64,000 nt of DNA. Source: Nemertoderma westbladi (Eukaryota; Animalia; Xenacoelomorpha). Shown here piece by piece: positions 12,454 through 24,307 of the stretch. A program made the position numbers and the translations under genes. Position 1 is the first letter of the stretch; the number at the start of each line of letters is the position of its first letter. Location of the stretch: contig JAUCBJ010007513.1 of assembly GCA_032718475.1 (NCBI GenBank), positions 1 through 64,000 of the forward strand, written 5' to 3'. The notes beneath the pieces are model-generated. The model was not told the origin of the DNA. It made no database searches and was given only the letters and a program-made list of their open reading frames with translations.

Positions 12454-13023
12454 GTAGTTTGTCCTTCCACTTCCTTATATTCAATTTATTGTGTTACGTA
12501 CTGTAATTTTGCACTTTACATGATATTTTTACTGTGTTATAATGTTTACTGTTTACTGAAATGTTTCCCTTCAGACTGCATCCTGCATGATGATTTATTT
12601 ACCTTCTATATTACCAATATTTGTTTTTCATATATGAGTTGTTTCTACTATATTTATACATATTTACAGTAGCGCTTATTTAGTGGGCCAACCCGACAAA
12701 TTTGATTATATTGTGTAGTAAATAGTAATAATAAAATAATATAATATAATATAATAATATAATAATAATATATATAATAATAATATATATAATATAATAT
12801 AATAAAAATGTTGGTCTAATTGGTCTAATACTAAAATTGTGGTCAGAACTATGTGTGGGTCAGTCCCCTATAACTAGCCATGTTTAGTGATAGCTGTTCG
12901 CTGTTCTGGTAGATGGAGGTAGTTAGTATCTACTGAACATTTTATGGCTCAATATAAAAGAAGCCAATCAGAATAGCTGATTGAAAATGTCTAGATGGAT
13001 ATTATAAAATTATTTTCACTTAC

Positions 13024-13131
13024 TCCGCCACAATCTTCAATAGTCTCTATTCTTCTTTTAAACCCTTTACCTAACATCCGTGATAACGAAGTTTCAGCGA
13101 TAACTGAAAATAATAATACAGGAAGATACAT
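13024..13131 (-). CDS. Single-CUB-domain protein, first coding exon (probable signal peptide)
   Basis: MYLPVLLFSVIAETSLSRMLGKGFKRRIETIEDCGG then gtaagt donor, phase 0; supplies the CUB-opening CGG. Start codon uncertain (alternative acceptor at 13104). Confidence 0.8.
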
Positions 13132-13616
13132 ATACAGGAATGTATTAGGGACCGGGAGGTTACTTACTATAAGAGTGGTATACGGACAGTATGTTCCCGG
13201 ACTTGCGGACAAACACTGCCAAAACTACTGCTATTTGAAATTTTCACAGCGGCTGGCTGACCGGATTCTATAGTCCCTGATATAGTATGATCGGCTACTC
13301 CGTCCATAGCCCCTGCCCCAGGGCTTTAAAAAATATACATAATCAAAAAATGCAATGATAAAAGCTATGAAAAAAACACCAGCTGGTTCTCATGAAAAAT
13401 TGATAGCGACGGCCTAGTAATGATATTCAATGAATAGGCCCAAACTGTATTACTTGCTGTATTACTTTGTAATCTATTACCCCCCCCCCCCCCCCCCAGC
13501 TGATAGCTCTTCACAGTGCATCCTATGAGAAGATCTAAGGTTACTCCCTCTGCTATGTCGTTAGATGGCGGGCCAGCTGATAGAATTTTATTTACACAGT
13601 ACGCTTCTGATGAGTT

Positions 13617-14930
13617 GAAAGAGCATAGTCAACCCGAGTGACAACCAAATCAAGAAAGGACAAGCGCCCCCCCCCCCCCCCTCCTCTTCACTGAGATGGA
13701 GGAGGGGGGGGGGGGGGGGGGCGCTTGTCCTTTCTTGATTTGGTTGTCACTCGGGTTGACTATGCTCTTTCATCAGCGTGGTACTGCAAGCCTACAGATA
13801 CTGCGTGTGCCCCTGAGTTTCACAAATGCGGTGTAGTTCGTGGTATGTTTCATCGCATCTTTAACGCCAAATGCCAGTAAGGGTGGGGATGGTTCCCAAC
13901 TCTATACCGCTTGGGGAAGCTAAGAATATTCTTACCAATAACCAATATACTGATACGATGGTCGAGCATGAGCTAGCCGTAGTTCAAGCCGCTAGGGGGC
14001 GTGCAGGCAGTGGTTCTGGGGACGAGGCACCAACAGCTGTCCCCACCGAGGTCATTGACCCGGTTGACCAGGCAGTTGCTGATGATTCCAAGCCTATTAT
14101 CTGTAAGTTCGAGTACCGAGGTCGGGCAACTGATCTATTTGTTCGAAAGTTACGTGGTCTTATACCCAGGTCTTGCACACGGCCAGTTCGGTTTGTTTTT
14201 ACAACATCTAAACTGCGTCTTGCACACGGCCAGTTCGGTTTGTTTTTACAACATCTAAACTGCGTCAGTCACTCCCATCTCTCAAACACCCCATCCCGGA
14301 AATCCTTGCGTCTAACGTCGTTTACTCTTTCTCTTGTCCCTCTTGTAAGGGGGAATAATATGTTGGACACACCATCCAACACTTGTTTGAACGCGTTAGA
14401 CAGCACCAGGATGGGACAGCCAATGATGGGAGCGAACAGGGTAAGACTGTGCACAACCACATCATGACGCACCGCGGCGAGCCCAATACACGTTGGCTGA
14501 CTGACTGGCGTGAATTGTTTAAACATTTCACTGTAATTGCTAGACACCCATTGCGGCCAGTCTTGAAAAAGCTTGAAATGTATTACATCCAAACACGCAA
14601 GCCGGTTATCAACAAGCAGAAACGTGACTGGCGCAAGTATACGGTGCAGCTTCCCAGTGGTTAGTTACAGTACATACATATCTTCATTTCGTTACCTGTT
14701 CCGTCGTCCCCCTTTGGGAATCTCTCTCTACATTTCCTAGCTTGGCCTCCTGAGAATGCCTTCAGTTGCGGGGCGAAACCTACCGATCAGCTGGCTGCCG
14801 TCAGCTGATCACTGATTGCATGCAACGTCTAGGTCTTGTTACTTTTTAGTTTTTTACATACTTTGGCACTGACATACTTACCGGTAAGGTTTTTACTTAA
14901 CGTGCTTGATTAATAAATAAAATAAATATT
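13617..14930 (+). mobile_element. 5'-truncated Penelope-like element (RT C-terminus plus GIY-YIG endonuclease, decayed)
   Basis: RLSFLDLVV...WYCKPTDT, then NVVYSFSCPSC..YVGHT...ERVRQH...LEMYYIQTRKPVINKQ; 47-bp internal tandem duplication at ~14172-14266; inverted 5' end. Confidence 0.85.
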
Positions 14931-16504
14931 AATATATATAAAAATAATAATAATATAAAAATTGTTTTTTTGTTATAAATAATATTTGTTACTGTGTGTT
15001 ATTGCTTTGGTTAGAATAACGTGCCACTGTTAACTGCTCCTTTCCTTTAATTCATAATTAACATTGTTAAGTCGCCGAGACAAAATATATAATTCGAGGA
15101 GGCGATAAAGATTTTGCCTCCAGACCCGCAGCCCTGCCCCGTCCGGGAATACCATCTAAGATAGTCTCTTCTGTCATCATACCCAACAGCTCAAAAACCT
15201 GTACCACACCGCACCGGTGTCCTAGGCGAATCTGCCCCCCCCCCCCCACACCTCTCCGACTACTCCTCTATCCGACAGGTCAATATAATCATATAGCTAA
15301 CCGCTCTCTATCTTCTATAATCACTACAGCTGTTAGAATTCATTAGACGATTACAACGGAATAATTACAGTTCGAAGCTGTGTATAAAATTGCTCGTACA
15401 CCGGGACTACGCCAGACTAATTTATTTGACAGAACAAAAAACTCGTACTGTCTTATTCTTACGACTTGCTTTACGGACCGGGGCCACTATGCCCGTCTCT
15501 AGTTGGTTTATTTATTTGGTTAGCGTTAGTTGGTCAGGCCGATGATACCCTAATTAAAACTGTCATGTTAAGTTAACCCTAAGTCATTAGGCTATAATCT
15601 ATTAAATTTTGTGGAATTTTGTACCCTTGCCATTGACCCGAAGGGACCAATGCAATGGCTGTATGACTGTCAACCTAAACCAGTATAACAGTTGGTGTTT
15701 ACAGTGTATTTCAGTACGGTGCGGTACAGAGGTAGCTGTCTGCTCTGTACCACTACTCCTACCTCAACAGGGTTTCAACAAACTGAAAGAATTTCAAAAC
15801 AACATATTTTTTATTTAATGCAGACCATTCCTTCCACCTTTCCTACTAGAAGGTTAATAAAAGGCAGATTCAAGTCACTGCGAGCACCTCAAAAATGGAA
15901 ATACAATACTCCGAATAAATTAACGGTTTTCCATTCATTCAAAATAAATATTAACGGTATAAGTTGACACTAAAAAATAAAGGAATAGTTTCCAAAAAAC
16001 GTAATTTATACTCACGCAATACATAAAAAACCATAAAAGAAATGGCCCAATTTGCCATTTTACCAATTTTAGTGTAAAGGAGAAAATACAATATGTGCAA
16101 TAATATAAATAAACTGATTACTTAGAAAAATAATCAAATGTGAGCTAGTTTATATCCTTCACACCATTTCATATCAATCCAACTAACTATGTATAATTTC
16201 CAGATGCGTTGTGTTTAACTTTTTGTAGATAATAATATTTAGTCATTGTAGACCGCCGTTGATATTTATAGCTAATATTTCTGATATTTATAAATGTGTG
16301 TCGAACATAGCGTAAAGTCTATTAAAGGTCTTGCAAGCGTTCAGCCTTCATAATTTATGGAGGCTGGATTATAACGGGTAGCGTACTGCTGTACTGTGTG
16401 TGTGTAGGCCAAGGCGTACTATATACATACAAGGCCATGTCATCGAGTTAACTGGGGGCGGTGACTGGGGGCAAGATTTTTTTTTTACAAAAAATGATAT
16501 TTTT

Positions 16505-17838
16505 TGTAAGCGGATTCAATTCCGCCTCATTACCCACCAGAAAATGGGATGGTGGCATTTTCAAGCCCCAAAGCCACACACAAAGGAAGGTTAGAGGTCA
16601 AACTACCTCGGAGGGGACACAGCTAGTAGAGGCTAGCAGCAGAGGGGAAACACTCCCAGAGAGTGCAAGGGTGAGAAGTAGGGTATTAGCCAATAAGGGC
16701 AAAGGAGAGCATCCATTAGGTAGCAGGCCAAGGTAGCGTAGGAGTGAAGTAATATTGGTATATCAATCATATATTATCTCCTGCTACTGGTTTGTGATTC
16801 AGTTTAGTTAGTTACCCAGTTTCAGTGCAGACGGGTAATATTGTTTTACCGTCATCGTCATCGTCATCGACATTGGCTGTATATTAATCTATTACCGGTA
16901 CCAAGCAATATTGTCATCCGCCATTGTATTAACTGTGCTATTATTATTAGATTACAACGGCAAGGAACAACATTAACTCTGAACGCTTTTCTCCAATGGC
17001 CTCGGCCAAGCTATCAGTGACACCATCCCAGCCTGCGGTGACGCGTACAAAACAACCTACCCAGTCGGGATCTCTGATCCCATCACAGTAAAACAATAAC
17101 CAACTGCCATCGAACTGTGACTGCTAAGAGGAGAGGATGAGCCAAGGAGAACCGAGAGGACGCCGCCGCGGACCCCGGACGACACCAACCAAATGATCCG
17201 TGAGGCCGCGACGCGACGGTATCGACCTGCGACACCAGATTCGCCGACGAGGGACGATCCGGTACCCCAAGCGGAGGGCGGCCATCAACCACGAGGGAGG
17301 GAAGAGTCGACGCACGACGGCGGTCGGAGTACCAAAGTCGCCGGCCAGCCACAGGCTGAGGGTGATGTACGGCCCACCAGAACGGCGACGGTGGGGCCAC
17401 CGGTACGACGCCAAACGAGGAGAGGAGGAGGAGATGTCGGCGAAGAGGATGTCGGGACGAGTGATTGGCTGCGACGGGCCTACAACGCCACGAAGAAACT
17501 GCTGAAGGAGGCCAGAGAGGGAGGAAAGGTAAACCAGCCTAAGTTACACCAATGGCTAGGTGAGTCGAACAAACATTTTTCGGTATCTGGTCCGCTTTGG
17601 ACAGGGAGAACTGGTGAGTGAGAGAGCGAGGGGGGTCGACACCGAACTATTCGAACTGTGGCGATCCCCCAATATTGTCATCCGCCATCGTATTAACTGT
17701 GCTATCATTATTATATTACACCGCCAAGGAACAACACTTTTCTCCAACGGCCTCGGCCAAGCTATCAGTGACACCATCCCAGCCTGCGGTGACGCGTACA
17801 AAACATCCTACCCGGTCGGGATCTCTGATCCCGTCACA
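16505..17838 (+). mobile_element. Internally deleted LTR element, family C (5' LTR 16505-17087, gag-like start, partial 3' LTR ~17670-17838)
   Basis: tgtaagcgg...catcaca LTR; 16906-17087 repeated at ~17670-17838; GC-rich coding-like interior; no tRNA PBS. Confidence 0.75.
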
Positions 17839-17847
17839 TATTTATAT

Positions 17848-20800
17848 GGGGAGAGTTCTATAAATTTTCATTTACTGCAATTTGGTTAATGGACGAAATT
17901 GAAGCCTCCTCATTAAGTAAGATAAAAAAATTTATGATAGCTAGTGTTTTAGGTAGGTTTAGCTAGTGAAATCAACACTGGTTCCGATATCCTAGTTTCT
18001 TCTATAAATATTATATAGTAGCTAGTTCTTATTTCTATTTATATAGAAAATGTTCCAGCACATGATAGCTAGTCATTTTTAAAAAAAATATGTTCTAGAA
18101 CAAATATTTTTTGTTCTAGAACAATTTTTAGAAAAAAATCTGGATTCGATTTAAAACGCATGGAATTGTCCTAAAACGTGTTTAAAATCAATAAAAAAAA
18201 TTGTGAAAAAAAAATATTGTGAAAAAATTCGAATTGGCCTATGTATAATTAATATATTCTTAAAAATTATATTTGAATTTACAGACAAGATAAACAATCA
18301 TATTAACCTAAAGTACTGTAATGACATTCCAACTGTTTATTTTCCTCTCATCAACTTCTTCCATCCAGCTGCAACATCGAATTGATTAGATATCGACTTT
18401 CCCACTCCTTTCTTCCCACACCCCTTCGATCTTCCTCTCTTTCCTTTCTTCTTCCCCTTTCCTCCACGACTCCTTGATCTACTCCCTTTACCTCGACAAC
18501 TCTTTGATCTACTCCCTTTACCTCGGCGAGAATAACTCTATTCCACAGCGCTGATTGAACCCCGCGAACACAAAGGGCATTCCCCCTCACTATGGCTATC
18601 CCGATGCGTTGCTTCAGCCACAAGCGCTCGCGTGGGTCTCCTGACTCCGCTATGAGTCTTCGGCCAAGATCTTTTAACACGCTGATGGTGGATGGACCGA
18701 ATACTCCTGTGGTCTCGAAGGCCAGGGGTTCGAATTGGTACTGCTGACCCAAATTGCGGTGTTTCACACGCTTTAGCTCCTCCGCTGCTGCTGATGCTGA
18801 GGATGGCTCAATGGCAGAGCGAATAATGTGGGATGGGGCAAAGGTATCCACACATGTAGCATCCCATACCAGGCACCGGCCTTTCGAGTAGGGGTAGATG
18901 GTCATACCATCAGGACGTTTCCCATCTCCCCTATCCAACCCAGTAGGTTCCAGGACAGATGGTAGACCAGCTCTGCTCAGTGAACGTTTCAGCACATCGT
19001 TGAGAGCTGCATGATGTGGGAACCTACCCATGCTGTTTCGGCAGGACAGTGCATGGTGCCCAAGAATATCCACTTCCTTGCCACACTTGCAGGTGTGTTT
19101 ATGGCAGATAGGTGCACCAACTCTCTGTGCTATACCAATTCGAAGAGCTTCCGGATACAAATTAGACCCTAAAGATGGAATAGGCATTTCAAGCACTTCA
19201 AGGCACTTCAGCATGGCAATATAAGATGCAAGATTTTCCAAGTATTTACTATAGCTGGGGTCAACATCTGGTAGTATTGTCCGAGGTCGATCAAGGCAAG
19301 TTCCACAGAACCAGTGTGGTAGGCATTCTGAATCCTTCTTCCTGAGGCCGACACATGAGAGGTGATACCAAACTGAACAGTTAGCACAATGGACTATCTG
19401 CTTTCTCATGTTTCCTTCACTGCATGTGGGACAAACTAATTGCTCGTCTGACTGAGATTTCTCCTCCGAATTGCTATAATCTCCACACTGAACGTCAGCC
19501 AACTTGCCTGCTCCAGGACACAAGGGACCTCCAGAATTCTCTTTGTGCCTGCGAAGGTGACCATTACCATTTACCAGAATATCTTTCTTGCATACAGAGC
19601 ATCTTGAACGGGCTTGGACACCTATACCTTGCGTGCTGGAAGTCGAATGGTCTGGATTTACATCACCAATGAGGCAATCTTCTGAAATGTTATAACCTTG
19701 GGTCTGTGTGGTGCATGGTGCTTTCCCCTCCAAACCACCGTGCTGGGTTGATCCTGGTGTGCCTGCCTGCGGATTTGTAAAAGGATTCATTCCTTTTGAG
19801 CTGGGATTAGGTGCATCGCTGAGAGGAAATGCCTTAATAGGGTTAGCAGATACTATTGTGGCCAAGTTTAGACGGAGAGACTGGATCGACCTGTCATTTA
19901 CTCCTGATAGTGGGAAGGATGTCTGATAGCACTCATTTGGGTGTTCAACACTAATCTTTGCGAAGTGGCAGACGTAGATTGCACACTGATGAGAGTCATT
20001 AAACTGCAGCTTGGGGGTATGGGGAAGTATTCTAATACCGGAGTGATCTTCATTGTTTAGTACTGCTAATGAAACGGCCCAGTCCCTTAAGTCGTGGGTC
20101 AGCTTTTCGTGGCTACCACCCAAGGAGTCGAAGCAACGAATATAACCAGCTTTTGGGTGGAATGTTAGAAGGATCCAGTGGTTGTTGTTTATATTTACTG
20201 GGAAGAGTAAGGTATCATAGTCGAAGATGTTAGTTTTAGCGATCCATTTGGAAATTCTAAAGGGACCATCTGGAGAATTGAGGACATCGAAAAAACGGCA
20301 GTTGAAGGGGCGTGATCGACCATGGGACTTCTCACAGAAGAATCGCAGGAGACCTTCCAAAACATTATCGGTCAACCAATTTTTACCAGAGATAGATTCA
20401 GTGTCGCGCTTTACAAGAGGGATCCCACATAAAATATTCTCTGGGCTTTCATCGGGTGCCAGATCCCTGACTAGCTGACTTTCAGTGTTAGGTCGTCTAG
20501 GTGGATATTAGGTGTTAGTTGGCTTTCAGTTAGATCGATACATGGAACTGGAAGCTGAAATTTGGGCCTGGCCATCGCCAGGCTGAGATAACAGATATGA
20601 GGTAAATACTATAAATGAGCGAAAAGATTGTATACTATAAATACTTCCCCCGTTTTCTCTTATTGACCAAGAATTATCACCTGTACAATGTACATTGAGA
20701 ATGCCGTCCACTATGTTATTGTGAAATGCATCTTATACATAGTAGGCCTAACATACTGTATATCATTATTACTTTGATTATAATATAGCTTTAATTGCAT

Positions 20801-21201
20801 AAAACACATTTATAGAAAATTTTTTTAAAATTATCAATAATTATTACTAATAAATAGAAAAAATTTAATAGAAAAAATAAAAAATAAAAAATCCAAAATT
20901 TTTCTAAAAAATGTTCTAGAACAAAAAATATTTGTTCTGGAACAAAATTTTTTTTTTAATGAATAGCTAACATGTTCTGGAACATTTTCTATATAAATAG
21001 AAATAAGAACTATCTACTATAAAATATTTATAAAGAAGGACTGTAGGAAGTACTGTAGGATATCGGAACCAGTGTTGATATTACTAGCTAAACCTACCTA
21101 AATCACTAGATAACTTAACATTTTTTATTTTGCTTAACGAGGAGACTTCAATTACGTCCATTAACCAAATTACAACAAATGGCAATTTATAGAACTCTCC
21201 C
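17848..21201. mobile_element. Non-autonomous DNA element with ~300-bp TIRs enclosing the CRE-like ORF
   Basis: gggagagttctataaat... (17848-18146) is inverted at ~20890-21201; superfamily not assignable. Confidence 0.75.
18351..20507 (-). CDS. CRE-like non-LTR retroelement ORF lacking RT: Ulp1/C48 protease, Zn finger, PHD, CCHC and restriction-like endonuclease
   Basis: WLTDNV...NNHWILL...CFDSLG...QCAIYV (C48); C4HC3 PHD; CKCG...HALSC; RPDG...WDATC...EELKRVKH...PLAFETTG (RLE). No YxDD domain. Frame is open upstream of the listed TTG to ~20507. Confidence 0.8.
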   Translation of the reverse strand, partial: YPPRRPNTESQLVRDLAPDESPENILCGIPLVKRDTESISGKNWLTDNVLEGLLRFFCEKSHGRSRPFNCRFFDVLNSPDGPFRISKWIAKTNIFDYDTLLFPVNINNNHWILLTFHPKAGYIRCFDSLGGSHEKLTHDLRDWAVSLAVLNNEDHSGIRILPHTPKLQFNDSHQCAIYVCHFAKISVEHPNECYQTSFPLSGVNDRSIQSLRLNLATIVSANPIKAFPLSDAPNPSSKGMNPFTNPQAGTPGSTQHGGLEGKAPCTTQTQGYNISEDCLIGDVNPDHSTSSTQGIGVQARSRCSVCKKDILVNGNGHLRRHKENSGGPLCPGAGKLADVQCGDYSNSEEKSQSDEQLVCPTCSEGNMRKQIVHCANCSVWYHLSCVGLRKKDSECLPHWFCGTCLDRPRTILPDVDPSYSKYLENLASYIAMLKCLEVLEMPIPSLGSNLYPEALRIGIAQRVGAPICHKHTCKCGKEVDILGHHALSCRNSMGRFPHHAALNDVLKRSLSRAGLPSVLEPTGLDRGDGKRPDGMTIYPYSKGRCLVWDATCVDTFAPSHIIRSAIEPSSASAAAEELKRVKHRNLGQQYQFEPLAFETTGVFGPSTISVLKDLGRRLIAESGDPRERLWLKQRIGIAIVRGNALCVRGVQSALWNRVILAEVKGVDQRVVEVKGVDQGVVEERGRRKEREEDRRGVGRKEWESRYLINSMLQLDGRS

Positions 21202-21429
21202 ATCATGCCTGCACACACACAGCTGCACAGTACAGCAGTACGCTACCCGTTATAATCCAGCCTCCATAAATTATGAAGGCTGCACGCTTGCAAGGCCTTT
21301 AATAGAGTACGCTATGAGACCGCCTTTGATATTTATTTGCTAATATTTCTGATATTTATAAATATATGTCGACCAAATCACAAACCAAAGCATAACTATC
21401 CCATTACACTAACACGATTACATACACAA

Positions 21430-21781
21430 CTATTTGGTATTTGTCGTACAATATTGGACAATTTCACTTTTACTTAGGACACCGTCGAAATTTTCATCAG
21501 CGTGTTTCATCAAGTTGTTCTTAATTCTCTCCAAATCGTTGATATTTACTTCTAATCCTTTAAACATAAAGAGATCCCTCAGTAGACCCATTAGTTCCTC
21601 CTGATCGATTGTTTTCGATCCATCTTTATCATAATGATCGAATACCTTATCGAAATCAGATCGACTCATCTTGAGATCATGAAACCTCTTGAGGTAATTC
21701 TCTTCAACCGGCAACAGATCCGACAGTTCACTTATACTTATCTGACCATCCTTATTAGCATCATAGTAGCTTTTAATTCGC
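21430..21781 (-). CDS. Calbindin/calretinin/secretagogin-like EF-hand protein, last exon
   Basis: tttttag acceptor, phase 2; EF loops DANKDGQISISE, DKDGSKTIDQEE, DENFDGVLSKSE and the family linker LLPVEENYL. Confidence 0.92.
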
Positions 21782-22429
21782 CTAAAAATATAATCAATAA
21801 ATAGTATAAATGATGCCTGCGGATTACAGGGCCTTCAATAAATATTAAATATTATTACAAATACCCTAGTAAACTACAATGATAAGTGTTAATCGCACAT
21901 GAACTCTAATTAACAAGGTACAATACAATTACATAATTATACTAAATTTACGAATTAAAATGCTTCCCGATTGCCTAAATCGCAGCGGAAACAATCCCCT
22001 TGTCCGGATGGATCGGTGTGGTGGTCCTGGACCACTACTGGTTCCCAGAGGATGTTGCGTGGTCCGAAGCAAAGAGCTGCCAGAGGACGGTTGCATAAAA
22101 CAACCTTAGCTAAGCAACTTAAGTCCTAAATGCTGCCTTAAATATCGACATCTGTCCTTAACTAAGTGCCACTTTAGAAACTTAAGGTGATCCAAAATTT
22201 TTAGTCTAGCCATCTGGAATCCACTGTAGGGAGTGGTTCCTAAAAGAAGATGATCTTCAACAGGGGCATATGATGTACCCTAATGAAACCATATGACATA
22301 CCCTGATCAACGAAACCATGCATCAAAGGCTAATATGATAGATACAAATGGGATGACCTGGTATTGCCTTTGACCCTAATTCAAATAACAGGGGATTGAT
22401 GGCAGAGCAGTCAGACTAGACAACTTGAA

Positions 22430-23800
22430 AACCACAACATTGAATTGTCATGGGTTTTCCTCAAACTCTGATTATGTTTATGAGCTATTAGCGGACTGTG
22501 AAATTCTAGGCTTGCAGGAGCACTAGCTAAAAATTGAAGCTACCAATATAATATATAATTTCAATGTTTGACTGTGTCTATGAGAAAAGTGATTTAATGT
22601 CAAATCCTAATCGGAAAAGAGGTGATGGAGGTGTTGTACTGCTGTTCCAGAAGGGAAAATTCCAGAATATTTCAACCATATCATCAAATGACAATACACC
22701 ATGACCCGTAATATAGTGTCATTTTCTGATGACACGGACCCCCCCCCCCCCCCCCCCAAATTTTTCTACAAATCTTTATCATAATGTTTGAAATTTGAAA
22801 CACAACTAGTTCCACTCACCGTGGTTGTTACCATGAAGCCGGAATTTTCGATTTCGCCTTTAAGTTTTATTTATAAGCGTTTTAAAAAAGTGTCTTTTGC
22901 GAAATCGCACCCTCTGTATCATTGCCATTCTTCACTTTAGTCGTAATTTTTTCACATCAATAGAAAGCTTGCGTTGAAATGATTCCAAATATGTAGCAAT
23001 ATCTGAATTTCATTGAGAAACAGCTGAGAAATAGGCGTTCAAAGATTGCAAGAATTATTGTTCGCTGCAAGCCATTTATTCTATTTAATAAATACACAAA
23101 ATTCTAGAACGTGATATTTATTTTTGCAAGAATTATTGTTCGCTGCAAGCCATTTATTCTATTTAATAAATACACAAAATTCTAGAACGTGATATTTATT
23201 TTATGAGTTGGTAGGCAACAGCGGTATGCCTATATAATATCTATATTGCGTAGCTAATCATACATAAACAAATTGTTCCAGAATATTGTGTATTTATTAA
23301 ATAGAATAAATGGCATGCAGTGAACAATAATTCTTGCAATCTTTAAACGCCATTTCTCAGCTGTTTCTCAATGAAATTCAGATATTGCTACATATTTGGA
23401 ATCCTTGCTACGCAAGCTTTCTATTGATGTGAAAAAATTACGACTAAAGTGAAGAATGGCAATGATACAGAGGGTGCGATTTCGCAAAGACACTTTTTTA
23501 AAACGCTTATAAATAAAATTTAAAGGCGAAATCGAAAATTCCGGCTTCATGGTAACAACCACGGTGAGTGGAACTAGTTGTGTTTCAAATTTCAAACAAT
23601 ATGATAAAGGTTTGTAGAAAAATTTGGGGGGGTCCGTATCATCAGAAAATGACACTATATTACGGGTCATGGTGTATAATTGGAATAAGAGCAACTATCT
23701 CTGGATATCAAGGAAAGTTCCTGTTTCTTTGTTCCAGCTTCAGTACTCTGCTCCTGATGTTTCTAAACAAGATTCAGACTATGAATCATTCTTGGGAAGA
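22430..23800 (+). pseudogene. Decayed AP-endonuclease of an L2/CR1-group LINE, split by a MITE
   Basis: TLNCHGFSSN...ILGLQEH*L...GGVVLLF before 22697; IIGIRATISG resumes after 23676. Confidence 0.6.
22697..23674. mobile_element. Foldback Tc1/mariner-like MITE
   Basis: caccatgacccgtaat...attacgggtcatggtg with TA on both sides; arms over 400 bp; ~80-bp tandem duplication at ~23046-23202. Confidence 0.88.
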
Positions 23801-24307
23801 TTGTGTAAAGAAATTCTATCAGGGTTTCTTTCTTTTGATATGTTTGTATTTTCAAATGAAACAAATGGGTTTAATCAAACTATAACATATCAAGCTAATC
23901 ATGCAAACGCAAGCCGAAACAGAAATAACCAAAACAATAAATCCGATTTTGGCTTCCCAGGCTACTAATATGAGTGCAGGTGACTCAGCACTCCATTCTG
24001 TTCACTTTTCGCAGAGAAAGAAAGCAATTCATTAGGTAATCGAATGTTGATTTGGAGAATATTTAATGTTACAAACGGGGTATATTAGGTGTATTTTATT
24101 TGTACCCAAAACCACTACTTTGGACCTTGGGCTGACTGTAATCAGCGATATCACTGCTTGCTTGTGACACTTGCGACTATTGTGGAACTTGCGAACCCGC
24201 TATTTTCAAATAACCGCCTAGAGTAGATTCGATCAAATATTTCCTAAGTGTAAATAACTAAACTACTCACCACTATGCAGCATACGAACTTTTATTTACC
24301 CTAAATA

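Larger units (their letters stand above)
16306..21316. mobile_element. Outer inverted-repeat structure (~105-bp arms) flanked by ~55-bp direct repeats
   Basis: 16306-16410 is inverted at ~21207-21316; direct repeats at 16250-16304 and 21317-21372. Confidence 0.65.

Noticed and set aside
18091-18123. Heat-shock elements (tgttctagaaca)
   Set aside because: The motif recurs mainly within TIRs and MITEs, and no promoter context is shown.
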